A DNA stretch of 28,107 nucleotides, taken from positions 1 through 28,107 of the IMG/VR virus record IMGVR_UViG_3300037264_006520, one strand, 5' to 3'. Positions 26,004 through 28,107 of this stretch are shown piece after piece (positions within the stretch are counted from its first letter, which is position 1; each line of letters opens with the position of its first letter). The DNA is from a virus (taxonomy: Duplodnaviria; Caudoviricetes). The position numbers were made by a program, and so were the translations under genes. Under the pieces are notes generated by a model that had not been told where the DNA came from, did not search any database, and worked only from the letters and a program-made list of their open reading frames with translations.

Positions 26004-26999
26004 ATGCGTGATATTCCGAATAAGTCAACGGGTGATAAATTTTATCCCTATGAGTGTAATAGTATTACAGCAGAAGAAAAAAACTTGATCACTAGTGCTG
26101 GTATAACATTATCAGAACTAGATTTACAACAACTCGCTAAAGCAATAACAATGTATTCTGGTTCTGGTGATTTTTATACTGATAGTGGAATACCAAATAC
26201 TTATGTTTTATCCGTTATCGGCAGTAAATTAGCTCCTTTTGCTTATGTTAATGGATTGCGAGTTAAATTCCGTCCTACAAATACTTGCACCGCCTCATCT
26301 ACGGTTAATGTATGTGGTTTAGGAGTTAGACCAATTGTAGAAATTGATGGTTCAAGCGCGACACAGGAAGGTGATATTATTTCAGGTCAAGTTACCGAAT
26401 TGGTTTATAACTCGTCAAGCAATAAATTTGAGTTGCAAAGTAAAACACAATCTCATGGGTTTTTAACCGGTGAAATTAAATTTACTATAAATTCTACTCC
26501 GCCTCCAGGTTGGATTTTTTATGTTAATTATCCGCCAAACACAACGACTACAATTGGCGACGCAAGTTCTGGTGCAACAATAAGAGCTAATGATGATTGT
26601 GAACAATTATTTAAAATGATTTGGAATAACACTACATTTCCTAGTGGAAATACTATTTGTCCAATAGATACTGCCCCAATAGGCGCATCTGCTGATGCAG
26701 ATTGGTTGGCGCATAAACGAATTAATTTACCATATATTACCGCACATGCTTTTGGTGCAGCGCAAGGTCATAGGCTTCCCGGAGCGCGCGAGGGAAATAG
26801 GTCGGTGAATTTAACCGAGAAGCAATTGGCAGAACATCACCATGAATATGATCAAACTTTTGGTGATTTTGGTTCACATGGAGATGTGGCAGGATCTTCG
26901 GCTCTTTATGTTCTTCGAAATACCTCAAAAGTAGGTGAAAGCGATCCTATTAGTGTTATACAAGAGACCGTTTATTTTAACGTAATGATGAAATTATAA
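26004..26999 (+). CDS. Tail fibre protein with collar domain
   Basis: DLQQLAKAI, GLRVKFRPTNTCT, collar GEIKF...PPGWI, LTEKQLAEHHH tip motif; follows gp48. Confidence 0.82.
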   Translation: MRDIPNKSTGDKFYPYECNSITAEEKNLITSAGITLSELDLQQLAKAITMYSGSGDFYTDSGIPNTYVLSVIGSKLAPFAYVNGLRVKFRPTNTCTASSTVNVCGLGVRPIVEIDGSSATQEGDIISGQVTELVYNSSSNKFELQSKTQSHGFLTGEIKFTINSTPPPGWIFYVNYPPNTTTTIGDASSGATIRANDDCEQLFKMIWNNTTFPSGNTICPIDTAPIGASADADWLAHKRINLPYITAHAFGAAQGHRLPGAREGNRSVNLTEKQLAEHHHEYDQTFGDFGSHGDVAGSSALYVLRNTSKVGESDPISVIQETVYFNVMMKL

Positions 27000-27009
27000 G
27001 AGGTTAAAA

Positions 27010-27654
27010 ATGGGTAAATTTAAACATACACCAAATGATACTATTTATATTAATAATACTTCTTTTCCATTGTCATTTTTTTTGACAGTTGAACCAGCCT
27101 ATGCTTTGCCTGCCGGAATGATAACGCAATATTACGAACAAACTGTGATTCACAATATTTCAGATGGTGTCACAGGATATAATCTTACTATCCCTTGGAC
27201 CGATGGGGATGGATATATAGCAAATGAAGCGGTTTATATTGCCGCCTATGCAAGTTATCTGAATAGTCTGATCACTTTATCTCAGGCTAAAACGACAAGA
27301 ATTGGGCAAATGCTAGAATATGCATCAGGAATAAAAGTTGGGCATGTGATTGTAAATACTGAGGAGTATTTTTCAGATAGTATCTTTTCATCAAAATTGG
27401 TTAATGAAGATTTAAGCTACACAAGAGTTGGTTTGCCGGTTGGTTATTATGTGAATGATAAAGATTATGTGCAAATACCAATAGGCACGCTTGGAGATTT
27501 GGAAGATATTATCGATAGAATCGTGGAATTGCATTATTTAACCGATATCAATGCCGATGTGCATAGAGCGGCTATCAATGCGCTTTTAACCGTGACAGAT
27601 GTGCAGAATTACGATTTTATTACTGGCGGCGGTTGGCAAACTGTTCCTTATTAA
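27010..27654 (+). CDS. Putative tail fibre assembly chaperone (DUF4376-like)
   Basis: Follows the fibre; TLSQAKTTRI...AAINALLTVTDVQNYD..GW. Confidence 0.6.
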   Translation: MGKFKHTPNDTIYINNTSFPLSFFLTVEPAYALPAGMITQYYEQTVIHNISDGVTGYNLTIPWTDGDGYIANEAVYIAAYASYLNSLITLSQAKTTRIGQMLEYASGIKVGHVIVNTEEYFSDSIFSSKLVNEDLSYTRVGLPVGYYVNDKDYVQIPIGTLGDLEDIIDRIVELHYLTDINADVHRAAINALLTVTDVQNYDFITGGGWQTVPY

Positions 27655-27668
27655 TAAAAATTTTACCC

Positions 27669-27690
27669 AATAATAACAATAATAAGAGGG
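27669..27690 (+). promoter_or_regulatory. (AAN)6+AGGG leader/RBS
   Basis: AATAATAACAATAATAAGAGGG. Confidence 0.7.
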
Positions 27691-27694
27691 TGTT

Positions 27695-27988
27695 ATGGCA
27701 AGATTATTAAACAATGTAAGCGTTGATACCGATGGAATACCGCAGCCGGGCGACGGCGGTTCCAAGCAAATATCTATATGGGGCGCAGATTATGGCGGCG
27801 GATCAGTTACGATTCAAACCTCCCCCGATTTAATTACGTGGATAACATTAAAATATGGCGGCAATCCGGCGGTGTTCACTTCTAATATATCATTAAAATT
27901 GGACAAAATTGGTCAGGGATTTTATATCCGCGCGACTCTAACTGGATCAAGCGGCGCATCAGGCGTTAATGTAGATATGGCGCAATAA
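27695..27988 (+). CDS. Small beta-sandwich virion-associated hypothetical protein
   Basis: GGGSVTIQTSPDLITW...YIRATLTG; strong RBS. Confidence 0.7.
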   Translation: MARLLNNVSVDTDGIPQPGDGGSKQISIWGADYGGGSVTIQTSPDLITWITLKYGGNPAVFTSNISLKLDKIGQGFYIRATLTGSSGASGVNVDMAQ

Positions 27989-27990
27989 TT

Positions 27991-28107
27991 ATGGCAAATG
28001 AACTATCGCAAAATTCACTATATGATTTAATCGATATAAATCTTTTGCATGATTTATTCGGCGATGGCGGTTCATCTGATGTCTGCAATCTTTTGCTAGA
28101 AACCGGA
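27991..28107 (+). CDS. 5' part of the next gene (partial, MANELSQNSLYDL...NLLLETG)
   Basis: ATG 2 nt after the previous stop; frame open to the window end. Confidence 0.55.
   Translation, partial: MANELSQNSLYDLIDINLLHDLFGDGGSSDVCNLLLETG

Noticed and set aside
1354-26928. All minus-strand ORFs and nested plus-strand ORFs (e.g. 10784-11209, 15053-15511, 13155-13559, 5921-6244)
   Set aside because: They lie within or across well-supported plus-strand genes, have no motifs, and are explained as antisense or alternate-frame shadows
26004-27654. Diversity-generating retroelement or invertible fibre cassette
   Set aside because: No reverse transcriptase, invertase, template/variable repeat pair or inverted fibre copy seen in the window
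14697-27654. Tailocin or extracellular contractile injection system
   Set aside because: A full packaging and head module is contiguous with the tail genes
1-28107. Stop-codon reassignment
   Set aside because: Genes are full length in the standard code, and TAA, TAG and TGA all end genes

Overview
The window is an AT-rich, fully plus-strand virion morphogenesis region of a tailed phage or prophage. After a few small accessory genes (a CxxC..CxxC protein and a HicB-like gene with no hicA partner in the window) come the terminase large subunit, an HK97-type portal, a Mu gpF/SPP1 gp7-like minor head protein, an HK97 prohead protease, the major capsid protein, putative head decoration genes including a LamG-domain protein, and head-tail connectors. 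A complete Mu-like contractile tail follows: sheath, tube, chaperone with a -1 frameshift, a short tape measure, gpN, gpP, gp45-gp48, a fibre and its chaperone. No lysis, integrase, RNA gene or CRISPR features are seen. The most striking unexplained signal is non-coding: 12 structural gene starts are preceded by in-phase (AAN)4-8 tracts, most often six triplets, usually running into an AGAGG Shine-Dalgarno (SD). This resembles the (ARN)6 Hfq distal-face / Hfq-Crc site and suggests a translational regulon over the late genes. A four-hairpin leader, containing a duplicated hairpin with a compensatory base change, sits in front of the capsid gene. Product calls come from motif recognition and gene order, not database searches.
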